Shown one piece after another: positions 63,188-64,000 of a stretch of DNA of 64,000 bases; the first letter of the stretch is position 1; each line of letters begins with the position of its first letter. Made by a program: the position numbers and the translations under genes. The notes beneath the pieces are model-generated. The model searched no databases. It was not told the DNA's origin and saw nothing but the letters and a program-made list of their open reading frames with translations. Location of the stretch: NCBI GenBank assembly GCA_964270895.1, contig OZ185435.1. One strand, given 5' to 3'. Origin of the DNA: Podarcis filfolensis (lineage: Eukaryota).

Positions 63188-63493
63188 GTGAGATTTCAAG
63201 GGGAGACCAATTTGGTTGCAGTGTGTGTGTGTGCGTGCGCGTATGTGCTAACAATAAAAGGAATGCAGGCTATTACAGAGGCCAAAAATCACATCTTCAC
63301 AAACTGGTGAGGCTGCTTTTGAGTAAGAGATCCTGGCTCTTGCATCTTAAAGCCAAAGAACTCTTAAGTTTTGCATAGCTTGGAGATTCTTTTTCATTTC
63401 AGATTTGTAGCTGCTGATGTGACAATTTGAAGCAAATGAATAATGGGTGGGGAGGAGGCTGGCTCCTTCCCCATCATGTAGTTTTATTTCTGC

Positions 63494-63790
63494 TAGGGAT
63501 GGGAGAGAAATTTGTTTAATTCACAGTGAGCCAACCTGATTCAGTGTCCCTGCATTTGCTTGCAGACTGGAACGCACTATCAGTTCAATCATGCACTTCT
63601 CCAGAGTTTGTGCTGCAGTTTAGATCCCATAATGTACACACCAAAAACATATTTTGTGTTAGTAAATACATATGTGTATATATTTTAGGGCATTGAAACA
63701 AAGTGTATTTTGTTGGAAGAATGTGTGCAAAGTGCATTAAAATGTATGCAACTTGGATGTTCATTTTTCGTGCATTCGTTCGGAAAGTCA
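63494..63790. repeat. Unclassified squamate interspersed repeat (related sequence at ~20815-20940 and ~21420-21690)
   Basis: tagggatggg terminus and AT-rich aaatgcatac/aaaatgtgta-type internal motifs shared among the three sites. Confidence 0.4.
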
Positions 63791-64000
63791 CAAAGCCTCA
63801 GCAGTAAAAGGAGCCCCTTTAAAGGGAGGAAGGAAGGAAAGACCAGCTATTGGAGGAAAAGAGTGAAACATTCTCTGGCCTAGATGGTGGACAGAAAATT
63901 TTTTCTCCCTCTGGCGTGCTGGCTCTCCAAATATGAAACGGGTCACCTTTTGGTGCTGTTAAAGAGAGACAGAAAGCAGGAATTATATGCAAATTATAGA

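Overview
Repeat-rich, mostly non-coding vertebrate DNA from a squamate reptile. Sauria SINE, Squam3-like and tRNA-Lys SINE copies point to a lacertid lizard (inference). The only host coding sequence I recognise is one internal exon of an alpha-2-macroglobulin-family (A2ML1-like) gene at 63013-63187 (+); I found no matching upstream exons by eye. The rest is transposon-derived: a 5'-truncated LINE with an unbroken 505-codon RT frame nested in a Tigger-like MITE; a Penelope element with inverted pseudo-LTRs, each carrying a minimal hammerhead ribozyme; solo LTRs with 5-bp TSDs; many hAT and Tc1/mariner MITEs with visible TSDs; and L1, L2 and CR1 fragments. Best leads: (i) two strong unannotated exon candidates (MGNLFC start, KSVTF motif) that are phase-compatible with the apparently orphan A2M exon; (ii) acidic-then-basic reading frames open from base 2 of two LTR-like elements; (iii) the hammerhead pair. 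No intact rRNA, tRNA or CRISPR features were seen. All family names come from motif recognition, not database searches.
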